Virus record (IMG/VR): IMGVR_UViG_3300046526_000409
Coordinates: 27,967-91,966 of that record
Strand: one strand, 5' to 3'
DNA: 64,000 nt
Origin: a virus
Lineage: Duplodnaviria; Caudoviricetes
Both the position numbers and the translations under genes were made by a program. Of the stretch, positions 10,401 to 19,945 are shown in pieces. The notes under the pieces are model-generated. The model was given only the letters and a program-made list of their open reading frames with translations. It did no database searches and was not told the DNA's origin. The stretch's first letter is position 1. The number at the start of each line of letters is the position of its first letter.

Positions 10401-10831
10401 CCAACCCCACGACGCAGATCGAGTGGGGCATGGACTACATCGCTGGCCGGCCCGACTACGGCAAGCCCTCGAAGGCGTGGGACCTGTGGCAGAAGCGCAG
10501 CCCCCACTGGTACGCCGTGGGCGCCTGGGACATCCCGGAGGACCAGCCGGCTGTCGTCCACAAGGGCGAGATGATCCTGCCGGCCGCCAAGGCGGAAACG
10601 ATCCGCCAGGCGCTGATCAAGGACTCGGTCAACGTCGTCTCGCCGGCTGGCGCCGCAGCCTCCGGCGGCATGCACTCCGGCGGCGGGGTGTCACTCTCCT
10701 TCGCTTCGGGCGCCATCCAAGTCAACGTCACCGGAGCCATGAACGACCGGGCAGCCTCCGACGCGGCCAAGAAGGTCGTCGACTACATCGCCGCGGACAA
10801 CCGCATCAAGCAACTCGGAGTTGGTGTCTGA
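7487..10831 (+). CDS. Tape measure protein with NlpC/P60 and lytic transglycosylase domains
   Basis: 1114 aa, Ala/Gln helical; PYVWGG...FDCSGL...GHV (NlpC/P60); HESGW...AFGIPQALP...QIEWG (SLT). Confidence 0.9.
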   Translation: MAEENEINRGEPNFGGRLLGTNGMQRAADKVSSDIDKLGANIAALNRALQGAINSATRGAAFRGMPTQAFPAANQTTRINAAPISHPPANTVIQAGGSAGSAFTHPVTGRVYSGDLGARLSDRYNAQVGRYDARTAAQSSMAQAQAQLRSAQESARQQSALRQEQLQLAQMQREAQRQAQQAAQRQQEAAAAQARYQAQQTSASARSGVNPDLLGRVTPGRVAQARQTNADARYGSLFDEAIRRQNIASNPTYGLRVGQRMWAYNRATGLSSATVSGSGVYASRNGTVLNAGRRQRDGWDVPPAGGFSNQIPLDDRGSVGFGGSSSSGNFAATVPSNNSSSSVDTAAPANFGKGPGNTLYQQAVKYGDRMKPQMEEMDRYTNWASIASGGAPSGYDKWGWKNKIRDHSYGMVVAQSTEDASNANFLLDKNFGLTYGTSAQSSARGNAFGAAYVAGLDAETGAKLYSSMYNPQASLAAQRLGYGRTIGSGGKAAGIGSLSDNIMSRTFGSSSISSKKFAAATATGQVLDYNVDQLGQASGWDADTIDNLKEYMRGRNTLLQNSKMSSSAADKLIAQAAQTGGKGDDARKKLSKYGVSESLGQTRKTFESQERQHDANMGDSFAHNLETATKAVQKFEGAINSILELPGIKQVVGASGAWATATKEPVKQIKSMWDFGKSLLPTGIFGGAAGATGSTGGGDSKSHTATSNHVASGNAGSAIAAALTQIGVPYVWGGEQEGKGFDCSGLTQWAFRKAGINLPRTSQEQMGVGVGVDKQHIQPGDLLFPEPGHVMMAIGNGKLVEAPHTGLDVRVRSYGLGEIKAVRRVASAVGALASYNTDTKQTDDDSAGNAGWFGGSGNSVGQEEVDAIAAALSGGGGYTMGAQTSGTGQSSNADSATAVSSAPSNPKGNVALGKKLAAKRGWTGKEWDALYQLWQHESGWRTNADNPTSDAFGIPQALPGSKMASKGKDWKTNPTTQIEWGMDYIAGRPDYGKPSKAWDLWQKRSPHWYAVGAWDIPEDQPAVVHKGEMILPAAKAETIRQALIKDSVNVVSPAGAAASGGMHSGGGVSLSFASGAIQVNVTGAMNDRAASDAAKKVVDYIAADNRIKQLGVGV

Positions 10832-11454
10832 TGGTGAGCCTCAGCAATCCTCAGTTCGACAGCCGTATGCGGGCTTTCCCGCACCTCGGCCTCTCGGGGA
10901 AGACGGACACGACTTTCTGGCGCGGAGCGATCATCCGCGACGACAAGTCCGTCAAGGCCGGCCTGCTGTCGGTGAACTTCCTGTTCAACCCCGGCACGAT
11001 CACCATCAGCCACCAGCAGGGCTACACCCTCACGGCAGACCAGCAGTCGGTAGACGGGAACAAGATCGGCGCAGGCGGCATCGGTACGCTCCAGTTCGAG
11101 CTGCTCTTCGACCGGACGTACGAGATGTACGCGGGTGGTGCCACGAAGCTCGAAGACCCGGCGATCAAGGGAGTCCTCTCCGACGTCGAGGCGATGTACA
11201 ACATCACCGGGGCCTACGACATCACCGCCAAGGGTCCGAAGGCGAAGGTCCTTCAGGCTATGCAGCCCAACCCGTGCACGTTCTACTTCGGCGGCACCGC
11301 AGCCGGCTTCCTGGGCAACAACAACCTGTCCTACTACGGCGTCGTCACGAGCCTGGTCGTCACGCACACCCACTTCTCCCGCGACATGGTGCCGCAGCGC
11401 TGTGCCATGAGTCTCACGGTGGACATTCAGACGAAGGACAATCCGACACTGTGA
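10831..11454 (+). CDS. Tail tube initiator/baseplate protein
   Basis: FLFNPGTI, FELLFDRT, THFSRDMVPQRC; ATG overlaps the tape measure stop. Confidence 0.7.
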   Translation: MVSLSNPQFDSRMRAFPHLGLSGKTDTTFWRGAIIRDDKSVKAGLLSVNFLFNPGTITISHQQGYTLTADQQSVDGNKIGAGGIGTLQFELLFDRTYEMYAGGATKLEDPAIKGVLSDVEAMYNITGAYDITAKGPKAKVLQAMQPNPCTFYFGGTAAGFLGNNNLSYYGVVTSLVVTHTHFSRDMVPQRCAMSLTVDIQTKDNPTL

Positions 11455-11726
11455 TCACAGCGAATTCGCGGTACTCATCCAGCGTCACCGTCATCGCTAC
11501 CGGAAGTGACGGAAAGTCCCGTAATGTGATCCTCTCGAAGAGCCCAATTGTCATTGCTGCCACCGTGCAGATATACACCTGGGCCGAGGGTGACCGAGTG
11601 GATCTGGTGGCATACCGCAATTACGGCGACGCCTCACAGTGGTGGCGCATTGCAGACGTCAACCCTCAGATCCTGGACTGGACGGAAATAGCCGTCGGCA
11701 CAAGGATTAGGATCCCGATTGTCTAG
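11451..11726 (+). CDS. LysM/tail-X-like baseplate protein
   Basis: EGDRVDLVAYRNYGDASQWWRIADVNP...GTRIRIP; GTG at 11451. Confidence 0.85.
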   Translation: MITANSRYSSSVTVIATGSDGKSRNVILSKSPIVIAATVQIYTWAEGDRVDLVAYRNYGDASQWWRIADVNPQILDWTEIAVGTRIRIPIV

Positions 11727-12891
11727 CAAGTGGCCAGTCATATCCCTGGAGACCCCCGCGCTGAGCGGGCGGAAATGGGTCACCGACGTGGCCGTCACCC
11801 AGGGAGAATCGCTACACGAGGTCGCCCAGATCACGGTGCTCCACCAGATGCAGCGTGGCGCCTCCAGCGGCTCAGGCTGGTCCCTGGACGCCGCGGGTGT
11901 GATGCCCGAAGGAACACCCGTCTCACTGCGGTTCGGCGACACCATCCGCTCGACGCCGTTCTACGGATACGTCGCCTCGGTAGCAGCACAGGGAAGCGAC
12001 ATCCACCAGTCGGTCACCGCAACCGTGCAGGTGCCCGTGGTCTACACGTGCATAGGCCCGACCTACTTCATGCAGTCGCAGTCCAACCGGCTGTGGGCCT
12101 CGGCTACTGCCTCCTACGTCGCGCGAACCCTAGCCAGAGGCGCAGGTCTGCGCCCACAGGTGCAGCAGAGCAGCCGGCAGTTCGACAACCTTCCCCAACA
12201 GGCGACTTCCGACTTCGCTTTCCTCCGGGACCTCGCCGAGGAGGTCGGCTACCGCATGATCCCGAGCGGGTCGACACTTGCGTTCACGGATCCGCTGGTG
12301 TCCCTGCGAGAGTCCGGGGAGGACCGGCTGACCTTCCAGTACGACAAGGCGCGGACTGACACCGTCAAGAACTGGAAGTCGACCGCGGGACAACTGGACC
12401 CCCTCGGCGGCCGGCGCACCCGACGCGAGGGCTACTCCTTCAACACCACCACTGGCGCCCTCGTCCGCGTCGTCGCCGACGGGACGCAAGACGCTGTGGT
12501 GACCCAGTACAGCACCGGCCGGCCGTTTGCGACTCAGGCGGAGGCCGCCGAAGGTCTCGCCGCCGAGGCCCGCCGCGAGCGCCTGTGGGTCCACGCGGAG
12601 GCCACGGTCCGCGGCGACTCCCGGCTGCGACCCGGCATCGAGGTGGAGATGGACGGCAGCGCCCTTGGCCCCAGCGATCCGGGGCTGTGGATGATTCGAT
12701 CCGCCACTCACCGGATCTCCGTCATGCCGGGCCAGCCCACAGCCGGCGTCTACTGGACCGACGTCACCCTTGGCCGCAACCGCCTTGACGGTCTCGACTA
12801 CGTTCCCAAGTCCGGCCTGGTCGACGCAGTCCAGGACGGCACGTCACTTATCGACGGGCGCTGGCGCGCTCAGCACGTGGGGAGGGCCTGA
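11719..12891 (+). CDS. Baseplate hub (gpD/gp27/VgrG-like)
   Basis: QQATSDFAFLRDLAEEVGY; GDSRLRPG...GLWMIRSATH. Confidence 0.8.
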   Translation: MSSKWPVISLETPALSGRKWVTDVAVTQGESLHEVAQITVLHQMQRGASSGSGWSLDAAGVMPEGTPVSLRFGDTIRSTPFYGYVASVAAQGSDIHQSVTATVQVPVVYTCIGPTYFMQSQSNRLWASATASYVARTLARGAGLRPQVQQSSRQFDNLPQQATSDFAFLRDLAEEVGYRMIPSGSTLAFTDPLVSLRESGEDRLTFQYDKARTDTVKNWKSTAGQLDPLGGRRTRREGYSFNTTTGALVRVVADGTQDAVVTQYSTGRPFATQAEAAEGLAAEARRERLWVHAEATVRGDSRLRPGIEVEMDGSALGPSDPGLWMIRSATHRISVMPGQPTAGVYWTDVTLGRNRLDGLDYVPKSGLVDAVQDGTSLIDGRWRAQHVGRA

Positions 12892-12893
12892 CC

Positions 12894-13574
12894 ATGACGC
12901 TGTCCTCCACGAGCACCGACATCTACGCCGGCATCATCACGCACGCGCAGGATCCTCAGGGACTCGGGCGCGTGCGTCTGCGCATCCCGCAAGTCTCAGG
13001 GGATGCCGTCACCGGCTGGGCTTACCCCTCGGGACAGGTCACCCGACAGGCCGCTGTCAGCGAGCGCGTATGGGCCACCTACGACGGCGGAGGCCGGCGG
13101 CTGGTGTACTGGCCGGCCGAACCCGGTCAGATCACCGGGCCCCAGATAGCCGCGGGCGCCCTGGACGGCATGACGGTGTCAGCCGACAAGCCCCTGCTCA
13201 GCAGCGACCACTGGACCGATCCGGTGCTCACGGCCGGCTGGGCAACCACCACGTCCTTCGGCGGCGTCACAGGAGTCCAGCCCATCCAGTACCGCAGGGA
13301 CGCCTGGGGATCCCTGCACCTGTGCGGCGCCCTGACCGTCACCGACCCAGCAGCCTCAGCCATCGCATTCACCGTGCCGGACGGCTACTACAACCCGAAC
13401 TACCGCGTCGGGTACCCCGCTGTGGAACAGAAGGCTGACGGTACGTTCATCACGACCTGGGGATACGTCAACACGGTCGGCGCGGTCCACTTCGACAAGC
13501 CGGCCGGTTTCACCCGCAACGCCGGGGACGCCTTCTACGTCAACGCGCGCGTCCACCTGGGCACCATCACGTAA
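12894..13574 (+). CDS. Baseplate spike (gpV/gp5 OB-fold)
   Basis: DPQGLGRVRLRIPQV...TGWA. Confidence 0.8.
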   Translation: MTLSSTSTDIYAGIITHAQDPQGLGRVRLRIPQVSGDAVTGWAYPSGQVTRQAAVSERVWATYDGGGRRLVYWPAEPGQITGPQIAAGALDGMTVSADKPLLSSDHWTDPVLTAGWATTTSFGGVTGVQPIQYRRDAWGSLHLCGALTVTDPAASAIAFTVPDGYYNPNYRVGYPAVEQKADGTFITTWGYVNTVGAVHFDKPAGFTRNAGDAFYVNARVHLGTIT

Positions 13575-13587
13575 GGACAGCAGTCCC

Positions 13588-14706
13588 TTGGCCGACACCT
13601 ACGCCAACTACGCCGACCTGGCAGCACACGCGGCCCTCGGCACCGACTACCTCATATCCTCGCGCGTGGTCGCCGGGGCGCGCGGCGTGAACATCGCCAT
13701 CCACGGCGGCGCCATCGAGGCACCCACGACGCAGCTCGCGGACTACTGCGCCAACGTCCTCGGCAGCTCCTTCTACTCGTTCCAGGGCGTCATGAGCAGC
13801 GGCAACTCGGCGCTGCACGTCACCAGCACCCGCTTCGACGAGCCGACCATCTTCCAGGTCCTGCGCAACGTGGAGTGGACGGTGTCCTGGCACGGCACCA
13901 GCGGCAGTGAACAGGTCACCTACCTCGGAGGTCTGGACACCGAACTCGGGACCGCGATCAATCGGCGCCTTACGGCAGCCGGCTTCACCGTCTCCGAATC
14001 CCCGCAGGAGATCGACGGCAACGACGCGCTGAACATCGCCAACCGCAACTCGCGTGGCCAGGGCGTACAGCTCGAACTGAGCAGAGGGCTACGGGAGAGC
14101 TTCTACCTCAGCGGGGACCTGACCCTGGCGTCCATCGCCGACGCCTCTCGCCGCACCGACATCTTCTACACCTACACGTCCGCGGTCATGGCAGCCGTCG
14201 CAGAAACCTGGCCCCAGAGCCGGCCCGACTCGGGCTCAACGGTGAAGCCCGTCGCAGGTACTGAAACCGTGACGAGCGTCGCCGGCTACCCCGGTGCGGG
14301 CACCATTCAGATGCGCATGCCCTTCCGGCTCGATGCCATGGGCCGGGTGGCCGTTCTCACTTCCCCAGACCAGATGCTCGTCCAGCGATCCCGTGCCGTG
14401 GTAGCCACCGTGCCAGGCGAGTACGTCGGCCAGCCTGCCTTCGGATCCAACGTCTCCGCCGCCCTGTTCAGGCCCAGCGACCCCATCGCGCCAGCCATCA
14501 TCAGCGACGCGGTCCGTGACGCCATGGCGCGCTGGGAGCCCGACGCCGTCATCACCGACATCCGCCCGGTCGTCAACGACGACCAGGAGGGCATCGTGGA
14601 CGTCGAGGTCGACGTCGCGCTCAGCACCACGCCGGCCACCGAAGTGGAACAGACGGAGAGCGTGCGTATCCTGCCCGGCGGGCGCGTAGTGGGTGGCTCC
14701 CTATAA
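13588..14706 (+). CDS. Poly-gamma-glutamate hydrolase (PghP-like) fused to gp25-like baseplate wedge
   Basis: IHGGAIE, YSFQG, LHVTSTRFDEP, SWHG, NIANR..GVQLELS; C-terminal PGEYVGQPAFGS...ARWEP. Confidence 0.85.
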   Translation: MADTYANYADLAAHAALGTDYLISSRVVAGARGVNIAIHGGAIEAPTTQLADYCANVLGSSFYSFQGVMSSGNSALHVTSTRFDEPTIFQVLRNVEWTVSWHGTSGSEQVTYLGGLDTELGTAINRRLTAAGFTVSESPQEIDGNDALNIANRNSRGQGVQLELSRGLRESFYLSGDLTLASIADASRRTDIFYTYTSAVMAAVAETWPQSRPDSGSTVKPVAGTETVTSVAGYPGAGTIQMRMPFRLDAMGRVAVLTSPDQMLVQRSRAVVATVPGEYVGQPAFGSNVSAALFRPSDPIAPAIISDAVRDAMARWEPDAVITDIRPVVNDDQEGIVDVEVDVALSTTPATEVEQTESVRILPGGRVVGGSL

Positions 14707-14795
14707 CACTCGGGCATGCCCGCCTCATAAACTGATCCACATACGGTGCACGAATTGGGACCCCTTCCGCTGTCCCAATTCAGGAGAAACTCACC

Positions 14796-16301
14796 GTGGC
14801 GGATCTTACGTCCAGCTCGCCGGCTATCGACTACACCTCGAAAGACTTCGAGGGATTCCGGCAGGCAATGCTCGACCACGCCGCCCGTGTCTACCCGGAA
14901 TGGTCCGGCCGGAACACGGCAGACTTCGGCGTTCTGCTGGTCAACCTCTTCGCGTACATGGGCGACATCCTGTCCTACTACCAGGACGCCGCCGCGCGAG
15001 AAGCGTTCCTGGAGACCGCGACGCAGCGCTCCTCCGTACTCGCCCATGCGGCACTGCTCGGCTACACGCCGGCAGCGGCAGCCGCAGCGACTGGCAGCGT
15101 CACCTTCGTCACCGACGCCACCCAGACCACGGACGTCGTCATCCCTGCCGGGACGCAGGTGACCACCGCCTTCATCGAGAGCCTTGACTCACCGCTCACC
15201 TTCGAGACCGATGCCGCGGTCACCGTGCCGGCACAGGCCGGTACCGCCACGGCGTCCGTCACTGAGGGCGCGAAGGTCGGGACGCAGACCATCACGCTGA
15301 ACGCGGGCACGGCCACGGAAACCCTCGCCCTCGTCGACAGCCTCGGCACCTCAGACGGAACCGGCAGCCAGACGTTCACCCTGCCATCCGCCCCGGCCCT
15401 GGTCGACACCGTCCGCGTCTTCGCCGGCAGTGACTCACTCGTCGAGTGGCAAGTCACCAATGACCTGCTCACAGCCGGGCCCACCGACAAGGTGTTCACC
15501 CTCACCAGCACGGACACCGGAACCGTCACCATCACCTTCGGCGACGGCACCCTGGGCGCCATCCCCGACCTCGACCTCCCCGTCTACGCCTCCTATCGAG
15601 TAGGCGGAGGGGCCCGCGGCAACATCGACGCCAACCAGATCATCGACGTCAGCATCGGGATCGCCGGCATCTACATCGCCAGTTCCTCCGCCATGACCGG
15701 CGGCCGAGAAGTCGAAAGCACGGAGTCGATCCGAACCAACGCTCCCAAGGCTTTCAGAGCGCAGGACCGCGCGGTGAGCCTGCGGGACTTCGAGGACCTG
15801 GCGCTGGCCGTACCCGGCAACGCGAAGGCCAAGGCGATCGGCGCTCACTACAGCGCCATCACCATCGCCACCGTCGGCGCGGACAACGCCGTGCCCTCCG
15901 ACGACCAACTCACGGCCACGGCCCGGTACGTCCAGGACCGCACCCTGACAGGGGTCTATGTCGATGTCGTTCCCGGCACGCTCGTCGGCGTCAACATCGG
16001 CGCTGCTGCCAGCCCGGTCGTCCTCGGCATCTACAGCAACTTCAGGGCCTCAGAGGTCGTCCTGGCCGCGCAGAAGGCCCTCCAGGACCTCCTCTCCAGC
16101 CAGCGCTCCAGCTTCGGACAGCGCATCCCCGCGTCCAAGATCTTCGCTCTCCTCGACGCGATCCCCGGCGTGGAGTACGTGACCATCCCGCTCCTGGCCC
16201 GAGCCGACGGACAGCAGACCGGCGCACAGGACATCATCTGCCGCGACTGGGAGATCCCTGTGGCCGGCCAGATCTACATCACCGCAGACGGCGGCCAGTA
16301 A
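14796..16301 (+). CDS. Baseplate J/gp6-like wedge protein
   Basis: IDYTSKDFE, DFGVLL, EAFLETATQRSSV, FGDG, DRAVSLRDFE. Confidence 0.92.
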   Translation: MADLTSSSPAIDYTSKDFEGFRQAMLDHAARVYPEWSGRNTADFGVLLVNLFAYMGDILSYYQDAAAREAFLETATQRSSVLAHAALLGYTPAAAAAATGSVTFVTDATQTTDVVIPAGTQVTTAFIESLDSPLTFETDAAVTVPAQAGTATASVTEGAKVGTQTITLNAGTATETLALVDSLGTSDGTGSQTFTLPSAPALVDTVRVFAGSDSLVEWQVTNDLLTAGPTDKVFTLTSTDTGTVTITFGDGTLGAIPDLDLPVYASYRVGGGARGNIDANQIIDVSIGIAGIYIASSSAMTGGREVESTESIRTNAPKAFRAQDRAVSLRDFEDLALAVPGNAKAKAIGAHYSAITIATVGADNAVPSDDQLTATARYVQDRTLTGVYVDVVPGTLVGVNIGAAASPVVLGIYSNFRASEVVLAAQKALQDLLSSQRSSFGQRIPASKIFALLDAIPGVEYVTIPLLARADGQQTGAQDIICRDWEIPVAGQIYITADGGQ

Positions 16302-16312
16302 GGAACCCCCAG

Positions 16313-17146
16313 ATGAGCAAGGTCTACCCCAACGCAGTCCGAACGTTCCCGACACACCAGGACGGCCGGGACTTCGTCCTGGCGGCCGACGTCAACGAGA
16401 TCCAGGACGAACTGACCGGCGTCGAGACGGCCATCGGCACCAAGCCGCAGGTATTCACAGACGCTGCCGGCAAGGCACACCAGTACAAGGACGTCGCCAG
16501 CCGGCTCGACTCGATGCAGCGCTACGACGACCAGGTCGCCAGCACCGTCAACTCCCTGATCGACGCCAGCAACACCGGATGGAACCTGCCGGTCGGAACC
16601 GCCCGGTGCACCGGCACCTCCATCGCGCCGACGGTCGACCAGCTCGATGTCGACATCACCAGGGACTGGCACCCGGTGAACTGGAACCGGAAGATGACCG
16701 ACCTCGGCATCCCGAACAAGATCTTCCCTTGGCTGACGAGCCCCACTATCACCTGCCCCAAGACGGGCTGGTGGATCATCACGATGCGGCTCATCGCCAC
16801 CATCCCCACGGGTCCCAACTCCCTGGACCACATGTGCTACTCGCGCATGTACCTCTCCGACCACGACACCGATGTCGCAGTCGGCTCATCCACCAACCCG
16901 CGGGGCACACACGGCTACCACCGTGCCGACCTCACGTACTCGGGGGAGTGGTTCCAGGGCGAGCGGCTCCAACTGCAAGTCCGGCACATGGACTCCCTGC
17001 GGGTCCACAACCGCGCAAGCTCCCCCAACCCGGTAGGCAACATCACCGCCTGGGCCTGGTGCGGCCTGACCTACATCCGCGCACTGCCCGATGACGTGAT
17101 CAGCCGCCCCATCGACGACCTCGACCCGGCGCTGCCGTCGGCCTAA
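16313..17146 (+). CDS. Putative tail/baseplate-associated protein
   Basis: VLAADVNEIQDE..GVETAIG pattern typical of fibre N-termini; position. Confidence 0.5.
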   Translation: MSKVYPNAVRTFPTHQDGRDFVLAADVNEIQDELTGVETAIGTKPQVFTDAAGKAHQYKDVASRLDSMQRYDDQVASTVNSLIDASNTGWNLPVGTARCTGTSIAPTVDQLDVDITRDWHPVNWNRKMTDLGIPNKIFPWLTSPTITCPKTGWWIITMRLIATIPTGPNSLDHMCYSRMYLSDHDTDVAVGSSTNPRGTHGYHRADLTYSGEWFQGERLQLQVRHMDSLRVHNRASSPNPVGNITAWAWCGLTYIRALPDDVISRPIDDLDPALPSA

Positions 17147-17173
17147 CACGGCTCACCCCCAGGAGACACAGAC

Positions 17174-19945
17174 ATGGCCGTGTACGGCTACGACTACTAC
17201 GGCAAGAGCCTGTACGGCGCCGACACGGCCGTCCAATACAGCGTCGAGCCCGTCACCGCGACATCCATCGCCCCCGGCCACATCCAGCTCGCCTGGGGTG
17301 CCGCCTCGCAGAACACCTGGAGCGTGCTGCGGGTCGTCAGAAGCCCCTTCGGCGTGCCAGCGCACGCGGACGACGGCGTCGTCCTCACCGAGATACCCAA
17401 GAGCGCGCCCGGCCGCGTCTGGGACGACATCGGACTGCCACAGGGACGCGTCTTCTACTACGCCATCTTCCTGGGCGTCGTGGCATGGTCGAGCACCGCC
17501 GCGTACGCACCCGGCGACGTGGTCGCCTACGCCGGAGTCAACTACGCCGCCATGGCCGCCAGCACGGGCGTCACGCCTGGAAGCGACAGCAGCTACTGGC
17601 AGCATGCCACCCTCACAGAGGACTGGGTTCGAGCCGGTGCCGCCGCCGGACTCTCGATCCTCGACCAGGGGTACTCACTGCGGCTGTACGAGTCGGTCCC
17701 GCGTGCCTACCGACTGGACACCACCGAGGTCACCGGCTACGAAGACGGCGTCACCAACCCGGAGCTGTTCAAGTTCCTCAGCATCTTCGGCCACCAGCTC
17801 GACACCATGGCCACCGAGACCGGCATCCTGCGCGACCTGCGTCGCATTGAAACCGCCCCGAACCATGCCATCGAGCACCTGGCCCACCAGTTCGGTGTGT
17901 CCACCGAGGTCAGTGACGAACCCCTCCGGCGCCGACTGCACACCAACAAGGCTGTCGGACTGGCACGAAACCGGGGGACCGACGACGGCATCGTCGACCT
18001 CATCAACACGCTCACCGGCTGGGACGTCTCGATCGAGCCCAGCAACAACCTCATGCTCAACCAGGACCAGTCCACCTTCGCCAGCCCGAAGTACCCCGAC
18101 TGGGATCCGAACCTGACCTACCAGGGCAACGAGACCGTCGACCACAACGGCGCACTCTGGACCGCCATCAAGTCCATCAGCACATCGACACGTGCCGACA
18201 CCATGACGGTGTCCGCCAGCTCTGGCACGGTGACCAAGACCGCACCAAGCTCGTCGATCACGTGGTCCCCGAGCACGCTCATCTACGGCACGACCCCGTA
18301 CCTCGTCCTCAGCGGCACGACCAACTCCTACGTGACTGTGAACTTCACGATCGCGGCGGACGGTGTCTATGACTTGTCCGTCTCCGCCACCGACGGAACG
18401 GCATACGGCAAGACCACCTACGCCATCGACGGCGTACTCAGCAGCATCGGCACCGTCGACCACTACCTGAGCGCCCTCGGGAGGACGCCGCGAACCTTCC
18501 CCAGCACCCGGTACCTCGGGCGATACACGCTCACGGCCGGCACCCACACCTTCACCACCAAGATCGTCGGAAAGAACGCCGCAGCCACTGACGACAACGC
18601 CGGCTTCAACTCCCTTGTGGTCACCGGGACCGTGGACCCCTCGCGCGGGCAGGAACCGGTGAACGGCAGCGGTTGGTGGAGCAAGGTCACGGACGCCACA
18701 CGGATCGATGTCGGCAACCTGCTGACCAACCCGATCACGCTGTCGCCCTCGACGTGGAGCCTGCGCAACCTCTCTACCGGTGCCTACCCCGCTGGCCTGA
18801 GCGTCGCCGCCGGACTCACCGCGGTCACCGGAACGAACACAGACAACAACGCCGGCACTGTCAACAACCCAGGAGCGTCGGCAGCCAGCCTCGGCGTCCG
18901 CTCGGTGGGCACACCGGTCGCGACGACCTGGTCGTCGAGCACGCTCTACGTCCTCGACAACCTAGTCAGGGACACCGACGGCACCGTATGGCGGGCGCTC
19001 GTCAAGAACCAGAACGTTCAGCCCGGAACCAACCGCAACGTCTGGGAAGTCTCCGACACCCAGGGCGCCGCCCCACTGCCCCTCCCGACGATGGTCCGGC
19101 AGTGGGGAGTGCCGCTGAACCGGATCCCCCAGTGGAGCCCGCAGGTCGGCTATGTAGCCGGCGACCTCGTCGCGTTCAACAACTTTGCCTACAAGGCCCG
19201 CGTCGACTCCCGGAACAAGCAGCCAGACGGCGACGCTGCCGACAGCACCTACTGGTCATTTGCCGGCGCCGCGCAGCAGACCTTCACCGTCTCCGCCTAC
19301 ACGAAACTGCTCGCCGGCTCCACGAGCACGCTCGCCCGGCCCTTCGTCGAGTGGTACGACGAGCAGGGCAACCTGATCACCACCATCAACGACGGCGGTG
19401 TGTACTCACAGGGGTTCTTCCAGCGTTTCAACGAACCCGCCCCCACCCTCGCGGGCGACAAGAGCTATGCCAGCCCGTGGACTTGGAGCGGTTCGGGGGC
19501 ATGGGCCACCAGTGGGACGTGGGTCGTCTCGGACGGCATGCTCTCCCCGATCACCCCGAGCACCACCCCGTACAAGGTGTGGGCGCTGAACTCGATCCCC
19601 ATGGGAACGCCGATCGGCGACCAGCGTTTCTACATCACGTTCATGAGCCGGCCTCGCCTCGGGTCGGCAGCCGAGCACGGGATCGTCTTCCGGTCGAACA
19701 GTGACGCCAGCAGTTTCTGGATGGCCTCGCGCACCCGGCTGACCAAGACCGTCAGCGGCACCATCACCGTCATGGCGTCGTGGCCGGAGATCCCCGATGG
19801 CGGACGCCTCTACGTCAGCCACGCCTCGAATCTGATCGAGATCTACCAGTACGTCGGCCCCGGCGTCGCCCCCACGAAGCTGGCGTCCGTCACCCAGGCA
19901 ACCCCGGACGGCGCGTTCTTCGGCCTGCTCGAAAGGAGCCTGTGA
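17174..19945 (+). CDS. Tail protein I/gp7-like with carbohydrate-binding repeats
   Basis: RGTDDGI..LI..LTGW; four W-x4-Y-x2-(G/N/D)-x2-V CBM5/12-like repeats. Confidence 0.75.
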   Translation: MAVYGYDYYGKSLYGADTAVQYSVEPVTATSIAPGHIQLAWGAASQNTWSVLRVVRSPFGVPAHADDGVVLTEIPKSAPGRVWDDIGLPQGRVFYYAIFLGVVAWSSTAAYAPGDVVAYAGVNYAAMAASTGVTPGSDSSYWQHATLTEDWVRAGAAAGLSILDQGYSLRLYESVPRAYRLDTTEVTGYEDGVTNPELFKFLSIFGHQLDTMATETGILRDLRRIETAPNHAIEHLAHQFGVSTEVSDEPLRRRLHTNKAVGLARNRGTDDGIVDLINTLTGWDVSIEPSNNLMLNQDQSTFASPKYPDWDPNLTYQGNETVDHNGALWTAIKSISTSTRADTMTVSASSGTVTKTAPSSSITWSPSTLIYGTTPYLVLSGTTNSYVTVNFTIAADGVYDLSVSATDGTAYGKTTYAIDGVLSSIGTVDHYLSALGRTPRTFPSTRYLGRYTLTAGTHTFTTKIVGKNAAATDDNAGFNSLVVTGTVDPSRGQEPVNGSGWWSKVTDATRIDVGNLLTNPITLSPSTWSLRNLSTGAYPAGLSVAAGLTAVTGTNTDNNAGTVNNPGASAASLGVRSVGTPVATTWSSSTLYVLDNLVRDTDGTVWRALVKNQNVQPGTNRNVWEVSDTQGAAPLPLPTMVRQWGVPLNRIPQWSPQVGYVAGDLVAFNNFAYKARVDSRNKQPDGDAADSTYWSFAGAAQQTFTVSAYTKLLAGSTSTLARPFVEWYDEQGNLITTINDGGVYSQGFFQRFNEPAPTLAGDKSYASPWTWSGSGAWATSGTWVVSDGMLSPITPSTTPYKVWALNSIPMGTPIGDQRFYITFMSRPRLGSAAEHGIVFRSNSDASSFWMASRTRLTKTVSGTITVMASWPEIPDGGRLYVSHASNLIEIYQYVGPGVAPTKLASVTQATPDGAFFGLLERSL

